This document shows positions 1 to 9,531 of a DNA stretch of 56,825 nt, in pieces. The notes beneath the pieces were generated by a model. That model saw nothing but the letters and a program-made list of their open reading frames with translations. It was not told where the DNA came from and searched no databases. Made by a program: the position numbers and the translations under genes. How positions within the stretch are numbered: position 1 is the stretch's first letter; each line of letters starts with the position of its first letter. The DNA lies in NCBI GenBank assembly GCA_037443035.1, contig JBBIPC010000019.1, positions 1 through 56,825 on the forward strand, written 5' to 3'. This DNA comes from Chthonomonadales bacterium (GTDB taxonomy: Bacteria > Armatimonadota > Chthonomonadetes > Chthonomonadales > CAJBBX01).

Positions 1-46
1 GTCGTTTCGATACGCCCCGATGCTTCGCGTCGGGGCACTCAACGAC
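1..46. repeat. REP-like palindromic element
   Basis: Inner stem GCCCCGATGC (14-23), loop TTC, GCGTCGGGGC (27-36, one G-T pair); outer stem GTCGTT (1-6) / AACGAC (41-46). Lies downstream of the S41 operon at the window edge. Confidence 0.55.
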
Positions 47-129
47 CGGCTGCGTCGTGACGCTCGAGGATCGACTGTCGGATCGCTCAGCGAACGCGCA
101 TGGCCTCGGTGCACGTTGCTACCGCGCGG

Positions 130-1500
130 CTACCGTCGGGCTGACACCGTCATCTGCGCACGCAGAAGCTCCAGTGCTTTCTTCAGCTGAGTGTCGTGCT
201 CCTTGTCCTCGAACTGCTGATCCACCCAGTCGGGCGACTGCTCGACGGTGACGTCGGGCTTGATGCCCCCCGTTCCGAAAATGGGCCGGTGTTCCTCATC
301 GTACTTGTTGTTGATATCGTGACCGCTGGGTGTGAAGTACTTCGAGGTCGTAAGCCGCAAAGCCGAACCATCAGCGAGGGGGTAGATCGTCTGCACAAGC
401 CCCTTGCCGAACGTATGCTTCCCGACAAGGGTGCCCCGCTTGTGGTCTTTGATAGCACCCGCCACGATCTCCGATGCGGAGGCGCTACTCTCGTTGATCA
501 GCACAACCAGAGGGATGTCGCCGATCTTCGGCACCCGGGAGGATGCGTAGAGTGTGTGCCTCTGGCCGTTCTTCTCCTGGACAATGACGAGGGGGCCCCG
601 CTCTATGAACCGGCTGCCGATCTCTACCGCCGTTTCGAACAAGCCACCTGGATTGTATCGCAAGTCGAAGACCAGGGCCTTGAGCCCCTGTCGCTTGAGA
701 TCGTTCCAGGCTTTCTCGAACTGCGCATCAGCACGCTCGTTGAACTCGTTGAGCACGATGTGGCCGATCTTGCGCTCCTGGTCTTCCATCCAGTAGCTCA
801 CCACTGGCGGTTCGATATGCTGGCGGATGAGCACGAACTTGAGAGGTCGCGGCGAACCATTCCTCAGGACAGTCACGGTTACTTTTGTGCCCCGCGGACC
901 TTTGATGAGCTTCACCACATCGTTGATATTCATGCCCAGCGCGGGTGTCGTCTTGATTAGCTTGCCCGTATTGGTATCGTGCGTACCCACACTGAAGATG
1001 ATGTCGCCTGTTTTCAGTCCAGCCTTGAACGCCGGGCTTCCTGGCAGCGGGCGCACCACCCGCACGTCTCGCCCGAACGGCTCGAGAACTGCCCCGATAC
1101 CCTCGAAGGACCCCTGGGTCATCTGTTGCATGGACTTCCAGTCGTCGGGGTCGAGAAAGCCAGTGAACGGGTCGTTCAGGGCACTGAGCATGCCCTGGAT
1201 GGCCGCGTACGTAAGCTCGCGCGATTTCTTGGCGTCGATGGTGGCCAGGGCATAGTCCTTCTTGAGGACAGCCAGCGCTTCTTCGTAGGCCTCGATCGGA
1301 CCTACACTATCGTCTGCACGGGCAGCCCCCGTACCAGCGAGACTGTGGACCCACTGGGACAGCGGGCCATCATCGTATGACGGCATCGTACCGCGCAGAA
1401 AGCCAGGCGCGCGGAGCGGCGGGCCGGCAAGACCAAGGACGAGGCCCACGCCTACTGCGAAGACCATTAGACGACGGAATACGGCGGGTCTTGCTCTCAT
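130..1500 (-). CDS. ctpA: S41A carboxy-terminal processing protease (PDZ + peptidase S41), catalytic dyad intact
   Basis: N-terminal hydrophobic segment, GMLSALNDPFT, PDZ region FEGIGAVL..PGSPA..AGLKTGD, DLRYNPGG, INESSASASE (Ser codon 478-480), TFGKG (Lys codon 403-405). ATGA overlap with the upstream gene. Confidence 0.95.
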   Translation of the reverse strand: MRARPAVFRRLMVFAVGVGLVLGLAGPPLRAPGFLRGTMPSYDDGPLSQWVHSLAGTGAARADDSVGPIEAYEEALAVLKKDYALATIDAKKSRELTYAAIQGMLSALNDPFTGFLDPDDWKSMQQMTQGSFEGIGAVLEPFGRDVRVVRPLPGSPAFKAGLKTGDIIFSVGTHDTNTGKLIKTTPALGMNINDVVKLIKGPRGTKVTVTVLRNGSPRPLKFVLIRQHIEPPVVSYWMEDQERKIGHIVLNEFNERADAQFEKAWNDLKRQGLKALVFDLRYNPGGLFETAVEIGSRFIERGPLVIVQEKNGQRHTLYASSRVPKIGDIPLVVLINESSASASEIVAGAIKDHKRGTLVGKHTFGKGLVQTIYPLADGSALRLTTSKYFTPSGHDINNKYDEEHRPIFGTGGIKPDVTVEQSPDWVDQQFEDKEHDTQLKKALELLRAQMTVSARR

Positions 1501-2885
1501 GCCCCGCCTCCCTTTCCTGCGAGCAGGGTCACTGCTCGGCTGACGACCGGGTCGTTCACCCCTGCCGGTGAACCGGCGCTAACAGCTATGTCAGGCGCGA
1601 GGCCCGTAGACGCGATGGGCCTGCCGCCTGCGGTAAGCCACTTCCCAGCGGTGAGGGTCATGGCCCCGATCTTCAGCGGAACCAGTTTCTGATACGCGCC
1701 GTCCCCTCGCGTCGTACTACCCACGATACGTGCTCCGGCCAAGACACGTGCCGCTTCCGCAGCGACTTCCGCCACGTTTGCTGTGCCCTTGTTCGTCAGC
1801 ACAACCATCTGCGCTGGCTTCTTGCCATCCGAGGCAGCCGTCACCCGGCGCTTTGTCGTTCCCTTGGCAATGGCAGCGATCTGCCCATGGATGCCAAGCG
1901 CCTCGAGGCTGGTCGTCATCGAACGCACTACCGATCGTGGGCCTTCGTAGTCGGGGCCGCCAGGATTGTCCCTGAGGTCCACGATAAGCCCATTCAAGCG
2001 GCCCTGCTGGGCCAGCGCGTCCTTGATCCGCTGTGGAGCAGACTGGGAAAACAGCGCAACCCGCAGGTAGCCGATATTGTTCTTGAGGGTGCGGAACTCC
2101 ACTGGCTGAACGCGGGCTGGCTCTGGCTTCACTGTCACATGCAGCGGCTGTGCCGCGCCTGGGCGCTCGATCGTGAGCTTCAGCTCCGCATCCTTAGGCT
2201 GCAGGAGGGTCTCCAGAGCACGCGGCCATGAGATGCCGTCTGTTAGCTTCTTGGTTGCATTGCGCAAGATCTTCCGGTACTCGGTATCGGGCATCGTACG
2301 CAGCGTCAGTCGGTTCAGATCGAGCCGCGGATCATAGGCAATGATCCATCGCCCGCCGATTTCGGTGATGTAATCGCCGGACCGGATCCCTGCGCGTGCC
2401 GCCGGCCCGTCAGCGACCGGCGCCACCACCATGACGCGCCGCTGTTCCACGTCGTTGCGCTTGATCTTGGCGACTGCGAGCACGGCGCCAATACCCGCAT
2501 ACTCACCTTCGAGTTGCTTCTTGAGGATGTCGAACTGCTCGGGCGACCAGTAACGCGTTGCCGTGTCATCCAGCGCATAGAGCATTGTCCGCACCGCGCC
2601 GGATGCCAGCTTCGTCTCGTCCGTGACTTTCTCGACGTATTCGCTGCGAACCATCTCGATGACGTCGCGGAACGTCTCTACAGGGGACACATCAGTGGCT
2701 GCCTCGGCACTGCCGAGCTGTGCAGCACTGGCGCCCACGCGGGAGTCCGTTATCTGGGAGAACCTGTGCGGCCATGCCGAACGACGGTCTACCCACCCCC
2801 GCAGTCCCATGCCGACATACAGCGACACAGCGAAAACGACTGCTGCCAGCGCAATGCGTATGGCCCAACGCAGGATATGCCTCAA
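1497..2885 (-). CDS. S41/CtpA paralog, predicted catalytically inactive
   Basis: Same architecture (TM anchor, YAGIGAVL PDZ, DLRDNPGG), but motifs read TNKGTANVAE and TRGDG. Start placed at TTG 2885 behind the GGAGGGAG RBS; the track's ATG at 2957 overlaps a TATAAT box. Confidence 0.85.
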   Translation of the reverse strand: MRHILRWAIRIALAAVVFAVSLYVGMGLRGWVDRRSAWPHRFSQITDSRVGASAAQLGSAEAATDVSPVETFRDVIEMVRSEYVEKVTDETKLASGAVRTMLYALDDTATRYWSPEQFDILKKQLEGEYAGIGAVLAVAKIKRNDVEQRRVMVVAPVADGPAARAGIRSGDYITEIGGRWIIAYDPRLDLNRLTLRTMPDTEYRKILRNATKKLTDGISWPRALETLLQPKDAELKLTIERPGAAQPLHVTVKPEPARVQPVEFRTLKNNIGYLRVALFSQSAPQRIKDALAQQGRLNGLIVDLRDNPGGPDYEGPRSVVRSMTTSLEALGIHGQIAAIAKGTTKRRVTAASDGKKPAQMVVLTNKGTANVAEVAAEAARVLAGARIVGSTTRGDGAYQKLVPLKIGAMTLTAGKWLTAGGRPIASTGLAPDIAVSAGSPAGVNDPVVSRAVTLLAGKGGGA

Positions 2886-2955
2886 GTTCTCCCTCCGTAA
2901 TACTGAACGTGCGTCCAGGTGGCAACACACCGCCTGGGGTCCCGATTCCAGCGAC

Positions 2956-2961
2956 ATTATA
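2956..2961 (-). promoter_or_regulatory. Putative -10 box for the S41 operon
   Basis: TATAAT on the minus strand about 70 nt upstream of the proposed start; no good -35. Confidence 0.5.
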
Positions 2962-3048
2962 CACCTGCCAATACGTGCCGAACCGTCATCTCTTCACCGG
3001 ACGCTACCTAGAAGGCATCGTGACTTCCGGGCGGCAACTCTTGCCTCC

Positions 3049-3077
3049 TTGACGCAGAATCGGCGAGGCCCTATAAT
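3049..3077 (+). promoter_or_regulatory. Sigma70-type promoter for the TPR gene
   Basis: TTGACG-17 bp-TATAAT. Confidence 0.8.
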
Positions 3078-3135
3078 GTCCCTACGGCACGGTGACTCGG
3101 AGGGTGTCACCGCTGGCCGCAGAGGAGAAGGACTG

Positions 3136-3732
3136 ATGAGCGCACTGGCCGCAGCACTACGACAGACGGGTGTTGCCGCACTCAAGGCTGGCCGACTTCG
3201 AGAGGCCGTCGAGGCCCTGCTCAAGGCTGCAGAAGCCGATCCCGAGAGCTTCGAAACATGGTCCTACCTCGGTGCGGCATACTCCCACCTTTCGGACTAC
3301 GAGAACGCGCGGAAAGCGTTCGGTCGGGCCATTCAGCTGAACGTTCAGTCGCCGCGCGCTTGGTACAACCTCGGCGTGGCACACCAGATGGCAGGCGACG
3401 AGGATTCCGCACGGACGTGTTTCGAGCGAGCTCTGGCTCTCGATCCTTCCCACCAGGCCGCCCAGGAGGCGTTGGCCAAACTCGCGCCGAAGCCCGTCTC
3501 GATGTCGGAGCTCGCCTCGGCCGGCGGCAAGATACGGCTACCTGGAGCCCACGCCGAGTCGCTGCAAGATGAGCAGCAATCAGCACCTGCCGAACCCAAA
3601 CGGCCCCTCACTCCGCAGGAGATCGCCAGGCTCGCCACCCCGGAAGGCTCCTTCCATATGCCTGGAGCACAGGCCTCGGAGTTGGGCGACGCACCAGCCA
3701 GTGAGGACAGCGCGAACAAGGAGACGCCGTAA
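3136..3732 (+). CDS. TPR protein with a duplicated C-terminal motif
   Basis: AGGAG RBS before ATG 3136; about 3 TPRs (WSYLGAAY, AWYNLGVAH, ALALDP); no signal peptide. Confidence 0.85.
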   Translation: MSALAAALRQTGVAALKAGRLREAVEALLKAAEADPESFETWSYLGAAYSHLSDYENARKAFGRAIQLNVQSPRAWYNLGVAHQMAGDEDSARTCFERALALDPSHQAAQEALAKLAPKPVSMSELASAGGKIRLPGAHAESLQDEQQSAPAEPKRPLTPQEIARLATPEGSFHMPGAQASELGDAPASEDSANKETP

Positions 3733-3772
3733 GACATCGCCCAGGTGCAACGATTGCCCGACCTATCGCGGG

Positions 3773-4795
3773 CTAGTCGAGACCGAGGAACTCCAGAGTC
3801 CGTCCGCCTTTGCCGTCGGCGCTCGCCGTCAGGACCAGGAAGCCTGGCACCTTGCCGTTCTTGGGGTCCAGACCAAGTGTAACGTCCAGCACCTTGCCGC
3901 TCAGCGGCTCGCTAGACCACACAGGCTTGATCTCCCCACCCCCCATGATCCGGCCTGGATCTACGAGCACAAGCTTGCTGCCCTTGGTGTCGCTCCATAC
4001 CGCCCAGGCTAGTAGGTTGCCGTCGTTTCGGGCATCCCACATCCCGATGGCGGGGCTCTTCGCGACCTCGGGCGGCCAACCCAGCGCGGCGATGGCGTCT
4101 GCAGGAAAGCGCGCCACCACCCACGAGTAAATGCCAGATGCCTGGTCTGGCATGACCATGCTCTGGCCGATCGTGAGAGGGTTCGCGGCGCCAAGATTCA
4201 CTCCGAACACCGAGGGTTCGTTCATGCCGTCGAAGTGGAAAACGCATTCCTCTCCGTCCACGAACCGCACCACGCCGCTGATCGCCGTTAGAGCCGGAGC
4301 CTTGACCTGGGCGGCCGCGTCGCCTGACCGATAGAAGATGGCACCAGGGACCGCGACCATGGCAGGCTTGTCTTTCTGAAACACCCCGACCGCGAACTCT
4401 GTGGCCCTGGGGCCAAGTTTCACTGTCGTGACCTGGTTCAGCGCGGATTCCGTGACTTCGTAGACGCTCAGCGCGTCCGTGGGTCCCAGCAGCAGCACCT
4501 GCGGTGTCTTCGTACCCAGCACGTCACCCAATCCAACACGGCGCGCTTCCGCCGGCGCTTCTAGCTTCCAGAGGCGCTTGAACTCCACAGGTAACCCTTT
4601 CAGAGTGTGGTTGTTCCGCGCGTAGTACTGTCCGTGGGCATTGCGCTCTCCACCTCCAGCCGGATTGACGTGGCAGAAGGAGCATTCCTTCTTCTCTTTC
4701 TGTGCGTATTCCGGTTTCGCGGTCGCAGTGCCCTGCAGTACGCAGGCCACCACCCAGGTCATTGTGATGGCGACACTGCCAGTGCTAAGTCGCAT
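3773..4795 (-). CDS. Secreted protein with an N-terminal CxxCH (c-type heme) motif and a beta-rich C-terminal region
   Basis: AAGGAG RBS, signal peptide ending ATA-K, then PEYA..ECSFCHVNPAGGG (4670-4684). Confidence 0.75.
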   Translation of the reverse strand: MRLSTGSVAITMTWVVACVLQGTATAKPEYAQKEKKECSFCHVNPAGGGERNAHGQYYARNNHTLKGLPVEFKRLWKLEAPAEARRVGLGDVLGTKTPQVLLLGPTDALSVYEVTESALNQVTTVKLGPRATEFAVGVFQKDKPAMVAVPGAIFYRSGDAAAQVKAPALTAISGVVRFVDGEECVFHFDGMNEPSVFGVNLGAANPLTIGQSMVMPDQASGIYSWVVARFPADAIAALGWPPEVAKSPAIGMWDARNDGNLLAWAVWSDTKGSKLVLVDPGRIMGGGEIKPVWSSEPLSGKVLDVTLGLDPKNGKVPGFLVLTASADGKGGRTLEFLGLD

Positions 4796-4948
4796 TGCAT
4801 ACTCCTTTGCAAACAGTGGCGTACGAGCCTGCCGCCTTCTCGCTTGGGTCAGCGACTCGACTTCGCACTTTGCCTTCGGCGTACGGTAGGACCATTCCTC
4901 CTGTCCCCCGAAGAGAAGTTCACTGAAAGCCACCGGGAGTCTAGCGTC

Positions 4949-7528
4949 ATGCGCAAGTACGTGTTCTCGATGAATGCCACTCTCCTCTGTCTCTGCGTTA
5001 GAGGACCTTCCGTGGCAGATCCCGCGAGACTCGTGGATCCCACACGACCGGTCTGCGAGCTGGGTAGAAACTATGCAGTGCTCCAGTGGTTCACACGCAC
5101 GCCATGTGAAACCCGCTTGCAGCTTCGGCCAGGCACCATGCCGTGCAACACACCAGGTCCGGACGGCAAGCCTCTGCCTGTTTGGACTGGGAAGTCGGTA
5201 CGCACCATAGCGGGACCACCGGGAAGACGAACGTGGCACGTGCTGCGCATCACAGGTCTCGAGGCCGGCAGACGGTACAGTTTCCGCATCTACGATCCAG
5301 GCGCCGACCCGTCGGGCGTGGAGCGCCGCTGGGGCGCCGAGAAACCGTGGCGCAGGGAGTATTCGTTCAGCACACTCGCGCCGAAAGGTCGCAAGACGAT
5401 CATCCGCATACCGGTCAAGGTGCTCCTCATGCCGAACGTATGGAACGTGGCATCCGCCTACGTCGGAGACGCTGTAGCACCACCGCCACCACGCATGTCA
5501 TCCGCAGAGATCCAACGCATCCGAGATGAGTATCTCGTGGCTTCCCGCTTCCTTTTCGTCAACAGCGGAATGCGCGTGTGGTACGACTTCCGCATCTTCG
5601 TGGACGATCGGGTCCAGCGGTGGGGTAACGAGCCTGACAAGGCTACGGGTCCGTACAAAGGACTTCCCTTGTGCCGCAGTTATGGTGGACAGGACTTCGT
5701 GGGACCAGGCGGCGGGGACTTCACCATCGTCGACACAGGGAATGTCCACGTGAAGCGCACGACGCCCATCTACGAACGATTCCCTTATGTGGGACAGATA
5801 GAGCAGGCGTTCCCGCGCCGATGGAACCCCACCAAGAAGGCATGGGAGTTCTACGGCAGCGGTGGTGGCACCTACGGCATAGATGAATGGTCGGCTGGCA
5901 TTCCAGGGCGCTCCCAATACCTTGGCGGTAGTGATACAGCCTGGTTGGCCACCCATGAGTACCATCACCAGATCGAGTCCCTAGGAGCTTTCTCTTTGGC
6001 CAATCGGGAGGACGATAGGGTCATTTTCGACCACTTCTTCCCCCGCAAGAGGGAGAAGAAGCCAGATGGCACCTGGGAGGAGTGGGTATGGTCCACAAGC
6101 TGGAAGCATGGCGAGCACTGGGATGGAATCGCGTACTTCGACCGGATGCTGACGCCAGTCCAGTGGCTTCGTTTCCATTTCGGCGAGACGATGACGGTCG
6201 CCGATGCCGATGAGGATGGCGTCCCCGATGACGATCCACGCCTTCCCCTCGATGAGAAGCGCTTCGGCAGCGATCCGCGCCATCCCCGCACAGATGGTCT
6301 CATGCTCGACCTCGCCAAGGTCCAGCTCAGCACCTGGGCGCCTGCGCCACTGACGAATACGTGGGACAAGGCACCGCTGAAACTCGTGCGGCCCAACCCT
6401 CGCAAGAAGGACAGCGACGGCGACGGCCTGCCGGACACGGTAGACCCCTATCCTCTCTACCCGTGGCAGCCATTCATCTGGCCCGCCACCATGGTCCTGG
6501 ATGGCAAAGCGGACGACTGGGACGGCATTCCCTTGTCTGGTCGAACCGAGGGACATGGCGTCACCATCGAGTTCCGTCAGGCGCACGACGACGCAGCTTA
6601 CTACGCGTGCTTCACCGTCCACGGGCCGTGGCAGCGGCTGTGGGTAGGTCTGGACGGTGAAGGCCAGGGCTACTACACGACGAACTCCACCTATGCTTTC
6701 GAGATTCGTGCGGGTACCGGCACAGAACTGGCGACAGTGAGACCGTCTGGGGCCAACGGGTGTCCGGGTATGCGCTGGAAGGCTGGCCGCGCAGGCGATG
6801 GTGTTGATTTTGTCGAAGTCGAGATACCCAACCGCGGCGCAGCTCTATGGTTCTGGCAGGGAGGTGGTCGTGAGGTGGGTGCGTCGGTTAGCGCATGGAC
6901 AAGGGACGGTAAGCCCCTAAGCATCTATGAACCCTATGATCTCTTCTACGCGAGAATGCTCGAACGGCATGGGAAGGTCGCCCTGCCAGGCGGCGCACCT
7001 GCAGAGCTGGCGCCAGGACCAGGCGTCACTGAGTACCGCTTCTCGGAGAACCACGAGCCCTGGAAGGTAGCCGGTGAGGGTTGGGTACTCCGGGACGGGG
7101 CCATGCGTTACGTAGGCGGCCCTGACACCACCAATCAGCTTCTCCTGACAGATCTGAACGCCGTAGCGTTCGACCTCTGGGTCGAGTTCGAGGCTGCCAA
7201 CGACCTGCATCTGGGAGCATGGCTGCCAAGCACGAAGGTACCGGATAACATGACCGACTACGTAGTGTTTCTCGGCGGCTTCGGCAACGCACGATCCGCT
7301 ATTCGTGCATACGGTGCCGAAGTTGGAGCCGAGGAAAGCGGCATCGGTACTGGCATCCACCGCGCTCAGTTCACCCGACGGGCTGGCAGTCTGTGGGTGC
7401 TGTACGATGGCAAGCCATTCTTGTTCGGTCGCGATCCGACGCCTGATGTGCGCGTGGATCGTATCGGCTTTCTCGGCGGTTGGGGTGGCGCCCAGGTAAT
7501 CCACCGCGTCCGGCTCCGAGTCGAATGA
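4949..7528 (+). CDS. Large secreted multidomain protein, probable zinc metallopeptidase with carbohydrate-binding-like modules
   Basis: Signal-like N-terminus, Fn3-like region (HVLRITGLEAGRRYSFRI), HEYHH (5954-5968), DxDxDG repeats, CBM9-like LDGKADDW, lectin-like C-terminus. Confidence 0.7.
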   Translation: MRKYVFSMNATLLCLCVRGPSVADPARLVDPTRPVCELGRNYAVLQWFTRTPCETRLQLRPGTMPCNTPGPDGKPLPVWTGKSVRTIAGPPGRRTWHVLRITGLEAGRRYSFRIYDPGADPSGVERRWGAEKPWRREYSFSTLAPKGRKTIIRIPVKVLLMPNVWNVASAYVGDAVAPPPPRMSSAEIQRIRDEYLVASRFLFVNSGMRVWYDFRIFVDDRVQRWGNEPDKATGPYKGLPLCRSYGGQDFVGPGGGDFTIVDTGNVHVKRTTPIYERFPYVGQIEQAFPRRWNPTKKAWEFYGSGGGTYGIDEWSAGIPGRSQYLGGSDTAWLATHEYHHQIESLGAFSLANREDDRVIFDHFFPRKREKKPDGTWEEWVWSTSWKHGEHWDGIAYFDRMLTPVQWLRFHFGETMTVADADEDGVPDDDPRLPLDEKRFGSDPRHPRTDGLMLDLAKVQLSTWAPAPLTNTWDKAPLKLVRPNPRKKDSDGDGLPDTVDPYPLYPWQPFIWPATMVLDGKADDWDGIPLSGRTEGHGVTIEFRQAHDDAAYYACFTVHGPWQRLWVGLDGEGQGYYTTNSTYAFEIRAGTGTELATVRPSGANGCPGMRWKAGRAGDGVDFVEVEIPNRGAALWFWQGGGREVGASVSAWTRDGKPLSIYEPYDLFYARMLERHGKVALPGGAPAELAPGPGVTEYRFSENHEPWKVAGEGWVLRDGAMRYVGGPDTTNQLLLTDLNAVAFDLWVEFEAANDLHLGAWLPSTKVPDNMTDYVVFLGGFGNARSAIRAYGAEVGAEESGIGTGIHRAQFTRRAGSLWVLYDGKPFLFGRDPTPDVRVDRIGFLGGWGGAQVIHRVRLRVE

Positions 7529-7596
7529 CGGCATGCCAACCCGCACGGGTCTCTTGAGCTGCCATCCATCATCCATGTCCGGCATGGAGGTTCATC

Positions 7597-8823
7597 ATGC
7601 TCGCGATGGTCGCCATTGCAATGTACGCTGACATGCCGCACGCAGAACGCTCCCTACCCCGCATCGCCGTACGTAGCGGCCGATTCGTCGTAGCCGCAAC
7701 GGGTGAAGAGTTCCGCCCTCGGGGTTTCAACTACATTCGGTTGCGTCGGACGGCTCCGTCCGGAGGGCACCTCTGGCATGACACGTTGAACCCTGCGACC
7801 TACGATGGGACCCGCGCCGAACGCATGTTCGCAGACCTGCACCAGCGAGGATTCAACGTCGTCCGCATCTTCCTGGATCCCCTGCCTGGCGCAGGCTTCG
7901 TGGAGAAGGCAGGTGCCGCCGATCTGTCAGCGGGCTATCTGGGGTGTCTGTTCGACTTTCTAAGCCGTGCTAGGTCGCACCGTGTGTATGTGATCCTGTG
8001 CTTCTGCTATCTGCCCGACCGACAGTCCTACAACGTCGGCGCTCCGCCACCGCATATTGCCGGCGGCAACCAGCAGTACCTTCATCCCGGGTACGTTCAG
8101 GCGAAGGCTCGATGGATGGCTGACGTATGCGCCGCCATCGAGAAGCACGATCCCGAGTTGTCGAGCACCGTCTTCGCTTACGAGCTGGAAAACGAGTCCC
8201 ACTATGAGGCCACCGAACCGCCGTTCTCGCTGACTTCCGGTGTCGTACGCTGGAATGGGAAGACCTACGATGCATCGAAAGCCGAGGATCTTCAGCGCCT
8301 GGCCGACGACGGCATCGTCTACGCCATCAACGCAGCACACGAAGCGGTACGCAAGGTCGATCCCCGCGCCCTTGTGGGAGCGAGCGTCTTCACTTTCCGG
8401 GCGGTTGGCCGTTCGGGACCCGGTCGGCTTCGCGACGACAAGACCCAGGACCCCAGATTCCCTGCACGTGCCTTGGCCATAGCACGCTCCAAGTCCGCCT
8501 ACGTGGACGTCCACTTCTACCCAATGAACGACCGGAACCTCGACGAGGACTACGCAAGCATCGAGTTCGAGACGCTCGAGACGGAATGCATCAGGAAAGG
8601 CAAACCACGTATTGTGGGAGAGATCGGGGCCTTCAAGTTCGCCTACAAAGACCTGGCGAGCGCGTCGGCGGCTATGGAGCGCTCTTTGCGACGCCTTGAC
8701 AGCGACGGCTGGGTGGGCTTCCTGTACTGGACCTACGACAACGAGGAGCAGAGCGACATGTTGTGGGAGGCGACTGCTGGGGACGGTCTGATGTTGCGGA
8801 CGTTGCAGAACGCCGGCAGATAG
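7597..8823 (+). CDS. Clan GH-A glycoside hydrolase (GH5-like)
   Basis: GGAGG RBS; RGFNY, GFNVVRIF, YELENE (acid/base), VDVHFYP, IVGEIG (nucleophile), FLYWTY. Confidence 0.85.
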   Translation: MLAMVAIAMYADMPHAERSLPRIAVRSGRFVVAATGEEFRPRGFNYIRLRRTAPSGGHLWHDTLNPATYDGTRAERMFADLHQRGFNVVRIFLDPLPGAGFVEKAGAADLSAGYLGCLFDFLSRARSHRVYVILCFCYLPDRQSYNVGAPPPHIAGGNQQYLHPGYVQAKARWMADVCAAIEKHDPELSSTVFAYELENESHYEATEPPFSLTSGVVRWNGKTYDASKAEDLQRLADDGIVYAINAAHEAVRKVDPRALVGASVFTFRAVGRSGPGRLRDDKTQDPRFPARALAIARSKSAYVDVHFYPMNDRNLDEDYASIEFETLETECIRKGKPRIVGEIGAFKFAYKDLASASAAMERSLRRLDSDGWVGFLYWTYDNEEQSDMLWEATAGDGLMLRTLQNAGR

Positions 8824-8842
8824 GCGCACCTATCTCGGCCCA

Positions 8843-9046
8843 TTACGTCAGCTCAGCCGGCCACGGGAGCAGAAGGAAGTTGCGTCCGTCGCTGTTCATG
8901 ACGACCAGCATCCCGTAGGGGAACTTGCTCCCCACGCGCACGGACGTCGCCTCGATGCCATTGGTCTCGGAAGCTGGGGCATCGAGTACTGCGACCTCGC
9001 GGTGTTCATGCGCATTACGCAATGTGCCATTTCGTTCGAACACATG
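8843..9046 (-). pseudogene. C-terminal remnant of a beta-propeller phytase-like gene
   Basis: HVFERNG..ETNGIEATSVRVGSKFPYGMLVVMNS..NFLLLPW resembles the phytase C-terminus (TDG(I/L)xxTSxxLGxxFPxGLxV..NF..xW). Only about 67 codons, with no proper N-terminus. Confidence 0.65.
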
Positions 9047-9087
9047 AGAGGGCAGCGCCCCCCACGCCCCCTCCTCTCGGTCCTGCG

Positions 9088-9531
9088 CTAGGGACAAGGA
9101 TCGTTGGCCGGCGCGGTCCACGGACCACAGTCACCGGACTTACCACCACCTCCCGTAGGCGGTTGGCCCCAGTTGGCATTGACACACGGGTTGTTGTTCC
9201 CGAAGACCGCCTTCATCCACTTCGCGTGGAAGTCAATGTAGGTCACATTCAGGCCGCCGGCGTGGTCGAAACGGATCTCGGTACAGGAGGCGCGTCCTGG
9301 GTCGGAGAGCTCGTCACCCTCGACATCGCTGTCGTTATTCTCCAAGAAGAGATAGGTCCCACTGGGGTCCTCGTAGCTGGCAAGCACCGGCCACTGGTCG
9401 GGTACATGCTCATCGATGCGATAGCTCGCCCAGTACGGATATCGCCCCTGTGAGTCCATGACGAGCCCCCAGGTCCGGGCTGGTTCGGGCGCAATCTGGC
9501 TTGCACTGCTCCTCGATTGTGGGGCGCGATG
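9088..9531 (-). pseudogene. C-terminal remnant of a DUF1559 / H-X9-DG-type protein
   Basis: SQIAPEPART..MDS and RFDHAGGLNVTYIDFHAKW (H-X9-D). The frame is closed by TGA at 9532-9534, and no prepilin N-terminus lies upstream. Confidence 0.6.

Noticed and set aside
2623..3135. N-terminal ORF-track extensions (also 4607, 11726, 12990, 41536 and minus-strand 5239, 12195, 33966)
   Set aside because: They overlap other genes or promoters; downstream starts fit RBS, signal peptides or family N-termini better.
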